Assembly (NCBI GenBank): GCA_965219405.1
Contig: OZ244736.1
Coordinates: 143,730-207,729 of the forward strand
Origin: Dehalococcoidia bacterium
GTDB lineage: Bacteria > Chloroflexota > Dehalococcoidia > UBA6926
DNA: 64,000 nt
Direction of reading: 5' to 3'
Positions 36,403-46,224 of the stretch are shown here, piece after piece. Each line of letters starts with the position of its first letter. Within the stretch, counting starts at the first letter, position 1. Below the pieces are notes generated by a model. That model did no database searches. It had not been told where the DNA came from and was given only the letters and a program-made list of their open reading frames with translations. The translations under genes were made by a program, and so were the position numbers.

Positions 36403-39400
36403 CTAGGCCGGCGCTGCAGATTGACTGACCCGTTGCTCCAGCTTGTCAGTGTCCTCATTCGACAGGTTAAAATACTTGGCCTGCGGATGATGAAAAACGA
36501 GGGCGCTTACTGAGCCCTCAGGCTCCATCATCATTTCCTCGGTCAGATTGACGCCGATTGTCTCCGCCGGATTGAGGAGCCGCCACAGGATTTCCTGATC
36601 CTCCAGCCTCGGACACGCCGGATACCCGAACGAGTACCGCTTGCCCTGGTAGGCGGCACGGAACAGGTCCGGCTTTGTGATGTCATCAGGATCGGCGAAT
36701 CCCCACATCGCGCGCATCCGCTGGTGGAGCAGTTCCGCAAAGCCTTCTGCTCCCTCCAGCGCCAGCACCTGCAGGATGTGGGAATCGAGGTACTCGCCCT
36801 TGTCTTTCCACTCGTCAGCCAGCGCGCGCACGCCCGGCCCGACCGTCGTGACAAATGCGCCAAGATAATCCGGCGCGCCATCCGAGCGCACGTAGTCGGC
36901 GAGGCTCAAGCCCTCTCCGGCAGCCTGCCTGCCGAATTGCAACCTTTCCAGCGCGTGTTCCCCATCCGAAGAGAGGATCAAGACATCCTCGCCGTCACGT
37001 GCGGCACGGAAGAAGCGAAAGACCGCCGAGGCGCGGATATCAGGCCGGGATGCCATCTCACGCTGAACCCGGAGGACGCGCTCATGCAGCTCAACCGCCC
37101 GCTCGTTGCCGCTTTCCAGGTCTTCAAGGAAACGGCCGCGGTATCCCAGGTGCCGCACATAGAGCATTGTCGGGTTGATGTACGAGAAGACCTCGTCAAG
37201 ATCGTGATCCAGCAGAGTGTGCTCACGCAGATCCGGCGGGCGCGGGGGGGCATCCACGGGCGTGATGACTGCGGGCGCGCGACCGTCCGGAGACTGTGCA
37301 GCGGAACGAGCCGCGTCCTGATTACGCAGGTTATCCACCTCCACCTGCAACTCGTCCTCAAGTCGTTGCCTACTCTCTTGCGTGCGAATCCGGTTGGCCA
37401 GATCCAGGCCATTCATGGCGTCCTGCGCGTAGGCGACAAGCCCCTTGTATTCCGGCGCAATGCGCAGACGTGTAAACCGATTGCTCAGTGCCGCGCCGCC
37501 GACAAGAATGGGCACGTCAACGCCCGCCTCCGTGAAATCACGCACCGTCTCAACCATCATCTGCGCGGACTTCACCAAGAGACCGGACAGGCCGATCATA
37601 TCCGGCCTGTGCTCGTGAAACGCCTCAATCAACTCGCCCGGCGGCACCTTGATGCCGCGGTTGATCACGCGGTAGCCGTTGTTGGACATGATGATATCGA
37701 CGAGGTTCTTGCCGATGTCGTGCACGTCACCCTTGACGGTGGCGAGCAAGACCTTGCCGCGTGAGCTTGTTTCAGTCGTTTCCATGTGCGGCTCGAGATG
37801 CGCGACAGCGGCTTTCATCACCTCCGCGGATTCAAGCACCTCCGCCACGATGAGCTCATTCGCCGCAAAGAGCCGCCCAACCTCGTCCATGCCGTCCATC
37901 AACGGGCCGTTGATGATTTCAAGAGGAGGGCGCTCTTCAAGAGCCGTATCAAGGTCAGGCGTCATGCCCTCACGCGTGCCCTCAACAACGCGCCTCGCGA
38001 TGCGTTCGTCCAGTGACAGCCCCTCCATGCGGTCAACACCCTGCTCAGCAGCGGATGCACGCTGCTCCCGGAAATGGGCGGCAAAGGCGGCGATGGAATC
38101 ATCGCCCCGCCAGAAGATCAGGTCATCGCATAGCGTGCGTTCCTCTTCCGAAAGCGCGGCATAACGCACGAGGCCGCCCGTGTTCACGATGGCGCTATCG
38201 AGACCGGCCTGCACGCAGTGGTAGAGCATGACCGCGTTCAGCGCTTCACGTCCCGCCTGCGGCAGCCCGAACGACACGTTGGAAATCCCGAGCGTCGTCT
38301 TTGCAAGCGGTAGCTCTTGCTTGATGAGCCGAATGCCCTCGATGGTCTCAACCGCGGAGCCGATATAATTCTGGTCGCCGGTGCCGACGGGGAACGTCAG
38401 GGGATCGAAGATTATGTCCTCGCCGCGCAGTCCGTATTTCTCGGTCAATAGGGCATACGACCGCCGGGCAATCTCCAGCTTGCGTTCCCGTGTGATGGCC
38501 TGCGCCTGCTCCCGGTCATCGTCGATGCAGCCAACGATGACGGCCGCGCCATAGCGTCGGGCAAGCGGCGCGACGGCAGCAAAGCGCTCCTCGCCATCTT
38601 CCAAATTGATGGAGTTGATGATCGATTTGCCCTGCGTGCGTTTCAGCGCCTCCTCAATAACGGCGACATCAGTGGAATCGATCACAAGCGGCGCGCGCGT
38701 CTTGCGGACAAGGCGTTCGAGGAATGTCGTGATGTCGGTTACTTCATCGCGATCCGGATCCTGCAGGCAGACGTCCAGCGCGTGCGCGCCGTTGCGAATC
38801 TGGTCGCGCCCGATTTCGGACGCCTCTTCGATGTTTCCCTCGTCAATAAGGCGCTTGAACCGGCGGCTGCCCAGCACGTTCGTCCGCTCGCCAATCAGAA
38901 CGGGTTTCGTGTCCTCGTCAATCGTCAGCGTCTCAAGACCGGACACGACGGTCACAGTGGGATCGACGAGCGTTCGAGCAGGATGATTCAGCGCCACCGC
39001 GCGCATCCGCTCCGTGTGTTCGTTGACCGTCCCGCAGCATCCGCCAATGATGTTGACCCAACCTGCATCCATGAAGGAGCCAAGCGTGGAGGCCACATTC
39101 TCGGGTGTTTCGTGGTAGTTGCCGTCCTCGTCCGGCAGACCCGCGTTCGGGATCACCGCAACCGGGAAGCGTGATATCTGCGAAAGTGTGCGGACGTAGT
39201 CACGCATGAACTCCGGGCCCGTCGCACAGTTCATGCCGATCCACAGCAAATCCCGGTGGGCGAAAGACGTGTAGAATGCCTCGATGTCCTGCCCGGCGAG
39301 CAGCGTGCCCATCGTCTCGATAGTGCATTGCACGGCAGAGGGAACGTTGAGGGCGAGATCCGCGTTGGCACGGTCGATGCCTTCCAGCGCAGCCTTGATA

Positions 39401-39930
39401 TTCAGGGCATCCTGTGAGGTTTCGACCAGCAAAAAGTCGACGCCGCCAGCAATCAGCCCCCGCGCCTGCACACGATAGTGTTCAACAAGTTCATCGAAAG
39501 TGACGTTGGCCGTGACGGAAATAGAGCGCGTTGTCGGGCCCATGGAACCCGCAACGAAGCGGGGATGGTCGTCGGTGGAGATGTCGTCAGCCGCGCGGCG
39601 CGCAATCTCCGCGCCCACTCTGCTGATCTCTTCCGCCTGATCGGCCAGGTCATACTCGCCCAGCACGAGCGGCGTGGATCCAAACGTGTTCGTCTCGATG
39701 ATGTCCGCGCCTGCGTCCAGGTAGCCGCGGTGAATGGCCTCTATGGCATCGGGGCGGGTGACGTTGAGGTGCTCAAGACAGCCCTCAAGCTCAGCGCCGC
39801 CGAAATCCTCCGCGGTGAGACCAAGCTGCTGTATGCGCGTCCCCATCGCGCCGTCCACGACGAGGACACGTTCGGTCAGTAATTCCCTTAAGCGCGCAAT
39901 CCGCGCCTCTCTGTTATCCGTCGTATTGAT
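36403..39930 (-). CDS. metH: Cobalamin-dependent methionine synthase (start unresolved; track start 39858 lies inside the first conserved strand)
   Basis: DGAMGT, GGCCGT, IGERTNV.GS, GDVHDIGKNLV B12 motif, LSGLL, RYSFGYPACP, HHPQAKYF. Confidence 0.96.
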   Translation of the reverse strand: MNTTDNREARIARLRELLTERVLVVDGAMGTRIQQLGLTAEDFGGAELEGCLEHLNVTRPDAIEAIHRGYLDAGADIIETNTFGSTPLVLGEYDLADQAEEISRVGAEIARRAADDISTDDHPRFVAGSMGPTTRSISVTANVTFDELVEHYRVQARGLIAGGVDFLLVETSQDALNIKAALEGIDRANADLALNVPSAVQCTIETMGTLLAGQDIEAFYTSFAHRDLLWIGMNCATGPEFMRDYVRTLSQISRFPVAVIPNAGLPDEDGNYHETPENVASTLGSFMDAGWVNIIGGCCGTVNEHTERMRAVALNHPARTLVDPTVTVVSGLETLTIDEDTKPVLIGERTNVLGSRRFKRLIDEGNIEEASEIGRDQIRNGAHALDVCLQDPDRDEVTDITTFLERLVRKTRAPLVIDSTDVAVIEEALKRTQGKSIINSINLEDGEERFAAVAPLARRYGAAVIVGCIDDDREQAQAITRERKLEIARRSYALLTEKYGLRGEDIIFDPLTFPVGTGDQNYIGSAVETIEGIRLIKQELPLAKTTLGISNVSFGLPQAGREALNAVMLYHCVQAGLDSAIVNTGGLVRYAALSEEERTLCDDLIFWRGDDSIAAFAAHFREQRASAAEQGVDRMEGLSLDERIARRVVEGTREGMTPDLDTALEERPPLEIINGPLMDGMDEVGRLFAANELIVAEVLESAEVMKAAVAHLEPHMETTETSSRGKVLLATVKGDVHDIGKNLVDIIMSNNGYRVINRGIKVPPGELIEAFHEHRPDMIGLSGLLVKSAQMMVETVRDFTEAGVDVPILVGGAALSNRFTRLRIAPEYKGLVAYAQDAMNGLDLANRIRTQESRQRLEDELQVEVDNLRNQDAARSAAQSPDGRAPAVITPVDAPPRPPDLREHTLLDHDLDEVFSYINPTMLYVRHLGYRGRFLEDLESGNERAVELHERVLRVQREMASRPDIRASAVFRFFRAARDGEDVLILSSDGEHALERLQFGRQAAGEGLSLADYVRSDGAPDYLGAFVTTVGPGVRALADEWKDKGEYLDSHILQVLALEGAEGFAELLHQRMRAMWGFADPDDITKPDLFRAAYQGKRYSFGYPACPRLEDQEILWRLLNPAETIGVNLTEEMMMEPEGSVSALVFHHPQAKYFNLSNEDTDKLEQRVSQSAAPA

Positions 39931-40145
39931 CTCCGTCTCCGTTCGTGCCTCACGGGGGCGTCATCAAGTTTGTCGATTGCAGTTGACTACCGTCTATTCA
40001 TTGTAGTGTTTCGCGCTACGTATTGGCGCGCGGCACAGCCGCCGAACCGGCGCGCTACTGTACAATTGGAGGGCGCAATCGCATCGGCACGCCGCGCAAG
40101 CCGCTTCGTTGCGGCAAAAGTGTCCGATTCCCGGATTGCCGCGGT

Positions 40146-40221
40146 GGGGCTGTAGCTCAGTTGGGAGAGCGCTTCAATGGCATTGAAGAGGTCAGGGGTT
40201 CGACTCCCCTCAGCTCCACCA
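40146..40221 (+). tRNA. tRNA-Ala (GGC)
   Basis: GGGGCTGTAGCTCAGTTGGGAGAGCGCTTCAATGGCATTGAAGAGGTCAGGGGTTCGACTCCCCTCAGCTCCACCA; 76 nt, G3:U70. Confidence 0.98.
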
Positions 40222-40237
40222 AGCGCCTTGCTCCGGC

Positions 40238-43200
40238 CTACGGGTCAGGTTCCCCACCCCGCCCCAACAGGAATCCACGCAGTTCCGTGCTGTAGCGTTG
40301 GTAGGCAAGGCCGGTGCCGAGTAGTAGGACGCCCAGCGTGACGAATGCGGCAACGCGGTAGATCTGTTCCAACAGGAAGACGTCAAAGACGAACAGTTTG
40401 ATGATGGTCACGGCAAGAAGCGCCATGCCGGCCAGCCGAATCCGTGACTCGTCCCTCAGGAATCCAATGACAATCACGCCGATCCCGTAGAGCGCCCACA
40501 ACACGGTCAGTGTCAGGTGAACGCCGCTCTCCTGATCGACGTTCAGTAGCTCCTCGCGAACCGCGAAAAAGTGTATCGCTTCCAGACTCATTGACCATAG
40601 CGCCAGCGCCCCTGCCGCGGCTGGCAGCCATCGCAGCACTTGCCTCTCTCGCTCGGGAAGGGATGCGCCCAGTCGCCGGAACGCCATCGCAGCCAACACG
40701 ATTGCGGCGACCGTGACAACGTTTGTCCCAAAGTGCGTGTTAAGAATAAGAAGATAGGTCTCCTCGTCAGGGAACAGCGAGAACGTGTCCAAAAGTACGA
40801 TCTTGGCGACCGCCAATCCCAACAGCGCCAATCCGCCCCATCGAGCGAGCATCAGGTTCTTCCACAGCCCCACCGATAGCAGCGCCACTCCATACAGCGC
40901 CCAGATCACGGTCAGCGATAGCAGGATCGCCTCGGCCTGGTCGATGTCCAGTTTTTCGCCTCGTACGACGAAGAAGTGAATGGTTTCCACCATGAGCGCC
41001 CACACGACCAGCCCATTCATCGCCGCAAGCAACACCCTGAACGCGGTGACCTCCCTCTCCGCGAGACTGCGAATCACTCCCCGATACACATACCCGATGG
41101 CAGCCACCGGGACCGCCGCGATGACAAATGCCAGGAACCTGGGATTCAGTACGGGCACATAGGTATCGACATTCGGCAGGATGGCGAAACTGTCAAACAG
41201 CACGAGCTTGGCGAAAGCCAGACCCACCAATGCCAGCCCGCCCCACCGCGCAAGCTGCATGCCCCGCGCAAGGCCAACGCTCAGCAGCGCCGCGGCGTAC
41301 AGGACCCAGATGACCGTCAGCGAGACATACAGGGAATCAAGCGTGTTCTGATCGTTCACCAGCAGACTGCCGCCAGTCAGGGCCTGAGTATCGAAGTAGT
41401 GGATTGCCTCAAGGCTGAGGCCCCACACGGCAACGACGTGTAGAGCGGCAAGAAGCGCTCGGAGCACCTCTCTGTAGTCAGATTCAAGCGACGCTATCCT
41501 GCGACGGAGCGCGTATATGACGAACGCCGCCGGCGCGATGACCATCGCGAACGTTATGAAGTGCGGATTGAACCCGAGCACATACCTGTCCGTGTCCGGC
41601 AGCGCGACGAACGTGTCGATCAGCAACAGCTTGACGATGGCGATGGTCAACAATCCCAATCCGCCCCATAGCGCCAGTGGCTTTGCCCGGACAAGTCCGA
41701 CAATCAGCAGACCCAACGCGTACAGCGCCCAGACCCATGTCAGCGTGAGCAGCAATAGGGTCATGGCGCTCTGCCGCAGACCCCAATCAGCCACGTTTGA
41801 CGACCCGAACCCGTAGTAGAAGATCGCCTCAAGGCTCAGTCCGACGATTGTCAGGATGCTCCCAACGACCATCAACCCGGGCGTCACTTCAGACTCTAAC
41901 TTGTGGGTAGAATCCCGGTTGCGCCGATAGAGGTACGCGGCCACATACACCGCTGCGGTGACAAAGACGAACACGCCGAATCGTTCATTCCAGAAGATCG
42001 AGAAATTGGCGGCGTCAATCTCCGGTGAATTGGACAGCAGATGGGCCGCCGACAGCGCTAGTACTCCCAGGCCGAAGACCCGCATCGGCACGCGGCCCAG
42101 AACGAATCCACTCCATACGAGAATGGCCCCCTGCGCCGCCCACGCCGTGGTCAGCCACACGCCCGTCAGCTTCAACGGAATCGCGACCGTAAGGAAGATG
42201 AGCGCGATGGGCAGCGTGATCATCGCCAGCTGTGGCGGCGCGCCGGGCCGCGTATAGGCGATGAGAGCGATCAGCCCGTACATAACCGCCATCCCCGCAG
42301 CGATAGCCCACAGCCAGTCAAAGTACGCGTCCCCGAGCACGATGGTCGTCAGCGCAAAGTAGGCAGTGGCATTCACGGCGACGAGGGCCATGTCCAGCGA
42401 GCCCGGGATGCGCTTCCAGATGATGTGGAACAGCGTCGTCGCTCCCACAAATATCAGGAAGATGGCCGTCAAGCCGGCTTGGAACAGCAGCGGGTCAGTA
42501 TCCGGATACTGCGCGTAACCCATCGCGAACAGCCCGTATGAGCCGATCCATCCTGAAATTGTGAACCAACGCCAATTGCGGACCGCTGCTACCCCAAGGA
42601 TGCCCAGATCGACGACTGCGATATACGGCAGCACGAGCGTGACATCCGGCAGCTCCGGCCCCAGCAACACGGGCGCAATGAACGCCCCGACGATACCGAG
42701 GAAACCGATCACACGGGAGTCGTAGCGGACGGCCAGGATGCCGGCCAGCCACACAACGCCGCCCAACGCGTAGAATGCCGCATCCGGTCGAATCAACTCA
42801 TACAGCACATAGGCGGCGTAGATCGACATATAGATCGTCGCAGCGCCACCCGCCGTCACGGCCTGCGACCACAACGGCGCGCGTCTCTTCGTGTATTCGC
42901 CCAGACCCAGCAATGTCGCGCCCGTGCCCAGCCCGAGCAGAATGCGGCCCGTATCTCCGATCCAGTTGTTGTCGAATGACAGTTTGAGGAAGAATCCGAT
43001 GCCGAGCGCCAGCGTCACCGCGCCTATAATCGCCAGCCAATTGCGGCCTAGAACTCGCTCCCAGTCGATGGACGAGAGATCAGGCCTTGGCAGGCGCAGT
43101 TCCCCCGTCGCATCCAGCGGCTGCCGTTCAGCCGGAACCGCAAAGGAACGACCCTCAATATAAACGGTTGGCGTCGCCGGTTCGTCGCGGGCCTCCGCCG

Positions 43201-43588
43201 CAACAACCGGTTCCGGCTCAGGTTCGCTGACAGGTTCTAGCGGCTGCGTATCTTCTTCCGGCTCGGACGGCGCTGCAGGTTGTTCCTGTCGCTCAGGAAC
43301 CGCCGTTTCTTCTTCGATTGCAGGCTCGGGCGTTGTGGCAACCAACTCCTCCGACTCTGCTGTCGATGGCGCTTGTCCCTCTCTATCCGTCACTTCGGCC
43401 TGCAGGCGATCGAGTCGTCCCGTAAGACGCTCTATCTCGCGCCGAAGCTGAGCTATCTGGGCGGCGTATCGGCGGTTTCCACCGTCCCGGTCCGATTCAA
43501 AGCCTATCTGCGTGCCGCACGACCCGCAGTAGACACTACCGGCTGGATTCGATGCATTACAGCCTGCGCAACGAATCTCGTTCACCAA
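40238..43588 (-). CDS. DUF2339-like polytopic membrane protein with N-terminal zinc ribbon
   Basis: CAGC..CGSC; WE..LG.NWL..IG, GIGFFLK, KLFVFD..L....RV.AF..LG; many TM segments. Confidence 0.88.
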   Translation of the reverse strand: MVNEIRCAGCNASNPAGSVYCGSCGTQIGFESDRDGGNRRYAAQIAQLRREIERLTGRLDRLQAEVTDREGQAPSTAESEELVATTPEPAIEEETAVPERQEQPAAPSEPEEDTQPLEPVSEPEPEPVVAAEARDEPATPTVYIEGRSFAVPAERQPLDATGELRLPRPDLSSIDWERVLGRNWLAIIGAVTLALGIGFFLKLSFDNNWIGDTGRILLGLGTGATLLGLGEYTKRRAPLWSQAVTAGGAATIYMSIYAAYVLYELIRPDAAFYALGGVVWLAGILAVRYDSRVIGFLGIVGAFIAPVLLGPELPDVTLVLPYIAVVDLGILGVAAVRNWRWFTISGWIGSYGLFAMGYAQYPDTDPLLFQAGLTAIFLIFVGATTLFHIIWKRIPGSLDMALVAVNATAYFALTTIVLGDAYFDWLWAIAAGMAVMYGLIALIAYTRPGAPPQLAMITLPIALIFLTVAIPLKLTGVWLTTAWAAQGAILVWSGFVLGRVPMRVFGLGVLALSAAHLLSNSPEIDAANFSIFWNERFGVFVFVTAAVYVAAYLYRRNRDSTHKLESEVTPGLMVVGSILTIVGLSLEAIFYYGFGSSNVADWGLRQSAMTLLLLTLTWVWALYALGLLIVGLVRAKPLALWGGLGLLTIAIVKLLLIDTFVALPDTDRYVLGFNPHFITFAMVIAPAAFVIYALRRRIASLESDYREVLRALLAALHVVAVWGLSLEAIHYFDTQALTGGSLLVNDQNTLDSLYVSLTVIWVLYAAALLSVGLARGMQLARWGGLALVGLAFAKLVLFDSFAILPNVDTYVPVLNPRFLAFVIAAVPVAAIGYVYRGVIRSLAEREVTAFRVLLAAMNGLVVWALMVETIHFFVVRGEKLDIDQAEAILLSLTVIWALYGVALLSVGLWKNLMLARWGGLALLGLAVAKIVLLDTFSLFPDEETYLLILNTHFGTNVVTVAAIVLAAMAFRRLGASLPERERQVLRWLPAAAGALALWSMSLEAIHFFAVREELLNVDQESGVHLTLTVLWALYGIGVIVIGFLRDESRIRLAGMALLAVTIIKLFVFDVFLLEQIYRVAAFVTLGVLLLGTGLAYQRYSTELRGFLLGRGGEPDP

Positions 43589-43688
43589 TACTCCCCGGGC
43601 CTAAGAACACACGTGACCTGCCCGCGCAACTATAACCTCTCCCCCCAGCTTATTAACCCAAGCATTCCCCATCCCCACCCCGCGCGGA

Positions 43689-43697
43689 TGGTATAAT
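43689..43697 (+). promoter_or_regulatory. Extended -10 promoter for ppsA
   Basis: TGGTATAAT about 90 nt upstream of ATG 43786. Confidence 0.6.
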
Positions 43698-43785
43698 TCC
43701 CCACGACATGACGCGGCCCACGCGGGGCCGTTCGGCATCTCCAGGTGGGGAGATCGCTCGGAGAGTCCTGTCGGGGGGTAAAGGC

Positions 43786-46140
43786 ATGTCAGAAAGTGTT
43801 ATTGACGTTCGGCCGATGCCGACGCGCGAACTTACTGAAACGGAAAAGCGGCAGGCTTCCCTGCTATGGTTCACTGAAATCGACTCGGGCGATCTGGCGC
43901 TTGCCGGCGGCAAGGGAGCCAATCTCGGCGAGATGACGCAAAGGGGCGCGCCGGTGCCGCCCGGGTTCGTCGTCAGCGTCGTCTCTTATCAGAAATTCCT
44001 CACCGACAATGGACTTGATGCCAGGTTGAGCGACATCCTCGGCGGTGTTGATGTCTACCACTCCTCCAATCTGGTTGACGTTGCCAGAACCGCGCAGGAA
44101 GCTATCCTCTCCGCCCCCATGCCCCCGGACCTCTCCGTCGAGATCACCGACGCCTATCGCGCTCTGGGTGAGGGCCCCGTCGCCGTTCGCTCATCCGCAA
44201 CTGCGGAAGACCTGCCGGACGCTTCCTTTGCCGGTCAGCAGCGCACCTATCTGAACGTTGAGGGCATCGACCAGGTATTGGAGACCGTCAAGGGCTGCTG
44301 GGCCAGCCTGTTTGAGGCGCGCGCCATCTTCTACCGCGCGGAACAGAACTTCGACCAGCTTGGCGTCGGCATCGCAGTCCCCGTCCAGCGCATGGTGCAA
44401 TCGGAAATATCCGGTGTCATGTTCACTGCGGAGCCCAATCGCAGCGACCGCACCAAGGTCTTCATCGAGGCCGTCTACGGTCTCGGCGAGTCCGTCGTTT
44501 CAGGCGCGGTCACGCCCGATTCCTATCTGATTCAGAAGGACGGCATGGAGATCCTGGAAAAGAGGCTCGTCCCGCAGAGCAGAATGCTCACCCGGAACCC
44601 GAACGCCATCGGCGCCGACGACCTCAACCATGAGGTTGACGTTCCGGCCGAGCAGTCCCGGACCTACAAGCTCACGGACAGCCAAATCACCGAGGTTGCG
44701 CAATTTGGGCTGACCCTTGAGGAGGCATACAACCACCCGCAGGACATCGAATGGGCTATCGAGGGCAACACGTTCTACATCACGCAGACGCGCCCCATCA
44801 CCACGCTCAGCAGTGTTGGCGAGTCCGAGGGTCTTGAGGTCGACGAATCCGCTTACCCCATGCTTCTACAGGGCACGCCGGCAAGCCCCGGAAGCGCCAC
44901 CGGAACAGTCGTCGTCCTTCCCAAGATTGACGAGTCCTCTCTTGATCAGCTCGGGCGCGTCAAAGAAGGTGATGTCCTCGTCACCGAGATGACCACACCC
45001 GATTACGTCCCGGCCATGAAGCGCGCCGCAGCAATCATCACCGATCACGGCGGACGCACCGCGCACGCGGCCATCATCTCCCGTGAGTTGAGCATCCCCT
45101 GCACTGTCGGCACCGGCGCGGCGACCAACACGCTGACAGACGGACAGATTGTCACGGTCGACGGTTCCACCGGCCGTGTCTATGAAGGCGCAGTGCCCGG
45201 TGCCGGCGCGGAAATCAATGAAGACAACGCCGCGGAGAATCTCAGGACAAAGACAAACGTCTACGTCAATCTCGCGGAGCCTGACCTCGCGGATGTCATT
45301 GCAGCGCGCAACGTGGACGGTGTCGGTTTACTCCGGGCGGAGTTCATCGTGGCGCGTATCGGCGAACACCCCCGCCTGATGATTGAAGAGGGGCGTGGCG
45401 AGGAATACACCCAAAAGGTTGTGGATGGCCTCATGAAGTTCGCAGCCGCCTTTGATCCCCGTCCCGTCATCTATCGCACAACCGACTTCAAGACGAATGA
45501 GTACCGGAACCTGCGGGGCGGCGACCGCTACGAGCCTGAGGAAGAGAACCCGATGATCGGGTATCGCGGGGCGGGCCGCTACGTCAAGGAGCCGGATATC
45601 TTTGCCCTTGAGATCGAGGCCGTGCGCCGGGTGCGCGCCAAGCATCCCAACCTGCACGTCATGATTCCGTTCGTCCGCACCGTAGACGAGCTTGTCCATA
45701 CCAAGTCACTGTTGGAGCAGTACGGCCTGCGGCGTGGCGACAACGGTTTCAAGCTATGGATGATGGCAGAGGTTCCCTCGAACGTGATCCTGCTGGAGGA
45801 GTTCATCAAGGTTGGGATCGACGGCGTGTCCATCGGTTCCAACGACCTGACGCAGCTCGTCCTCGGGGTCGATCGCGACAGCGCCATCCTGGCGGACGAT
45901 TTTGATGAGCGGAACGAGGCCGTGATGCGGGCGCTGGAGACCATCGTTACAACGGCTGCGCGGCTGGGCGTCACGTGCGGCATCTGCGGGCAGGCGCCGA
46001 GCTTCTTCCCGGATCTGACGGCCAAACTGGTTGAGTGGGGCATCACGTCCGTGAGCGTCTCCCCGGACGTCATCAACCACACGCGCCGCATCGTCCATGA
46101 GGTGGAGACGGCGCAGGCTGCAGACGTGGCCAAGGGCTAG
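43786..46140 (+). CDS. ppsA: Phosphoenolpyruvate synthase
   Basis: GGKGANLGEM, VAVRSSATAED, SFAGQQ.TYLN, GGRTAHAAIISRE, EENPMIGYRG, SIGSNDLTQ, GICGQAPS. Confidence 0.96.
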   Translation: MSESVIDVRPMPTRELTETEKRQASLLWFTEIDSGDLALAGGKGANLGEMTQRGAPVPPGFVVSVVSYQKFLTDNGLDARLSDILGGVDVYHSSNLVDVARTAQEAILSAPMPPDLSVEITDAYRALGEGPVAVRSSATAEDLPDASFAGQQRTYLNVEGIDQVLETVKGCWASLFEARAIFYRAEQNFDQLGVGIAVPVQRMVQSEISGVMFTAEPNRSDRTKVFIEAVYGLGESVVSGAVTPDSYLIQKDGMEILEKRLVPQSRMLTRNPNAIGADDLNHEVDVPAEQSRTYKLTDSQITEVAQFGLTLEEAYNHPQDIEWAIEGNTFYITQTRPITTLSSVGESEGLEVDESAYPMLLQGTPASPGSATGTVVVLPKIDESSLDQLGRVKEGDVLVTEMTTPDYVPAMKRAAAIITDHGGRTAHAAIISRELSIPCTVGTGAATNTLTDGQIVTVDGSTGRVYEGAVPGAGAEINEDNAAENLRTKTNVYVNLAEPDLADVIAARNVDGVGLLRAEFIVARIGEHPRLMIEEGRGEEYTQKVVDGLMKFAAAFDPRPVIYRTTDFKTNEYRNLRGGDRYEPEEENPMIGYRGAGRYVKEPDIFALEIEAVRRVRAKHPNLHVMIPFVRTVDELVHTKSLLEQYGLRRGDNGFKLWMMAEVPSNVILLEEFIKVGIDGVSIGSNDLTQLVLGVDRDSAILADDFDERNEAVMRALETIVTTAARLGVTCGICGQAPSFFPDLTAKLVEWGITSVSVSPDVINHTRRIVHEVETAQAADVAKG

Positions 46141-46224
46141 CCCTCAATTTGTCCCCTAACCTCCACTCGCCAACGTGCGTTACACTAGATATTCATAATT
46201 CTCCGACCTACGGGGGCGCGGGCG

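Noticed and set aside
39965-40145. SAM or cobalamin riboswitch upstream of metH
   Set aside because: No recognisable S-box, SAM-II or B12-box consensus; the short spacer appears to hold only divergent promoters.
40146-40240. tRNA-Ala genes as integration sites
   Set aside because: No integrase and no duplicated tRNA 3' end seen near either tRNA.
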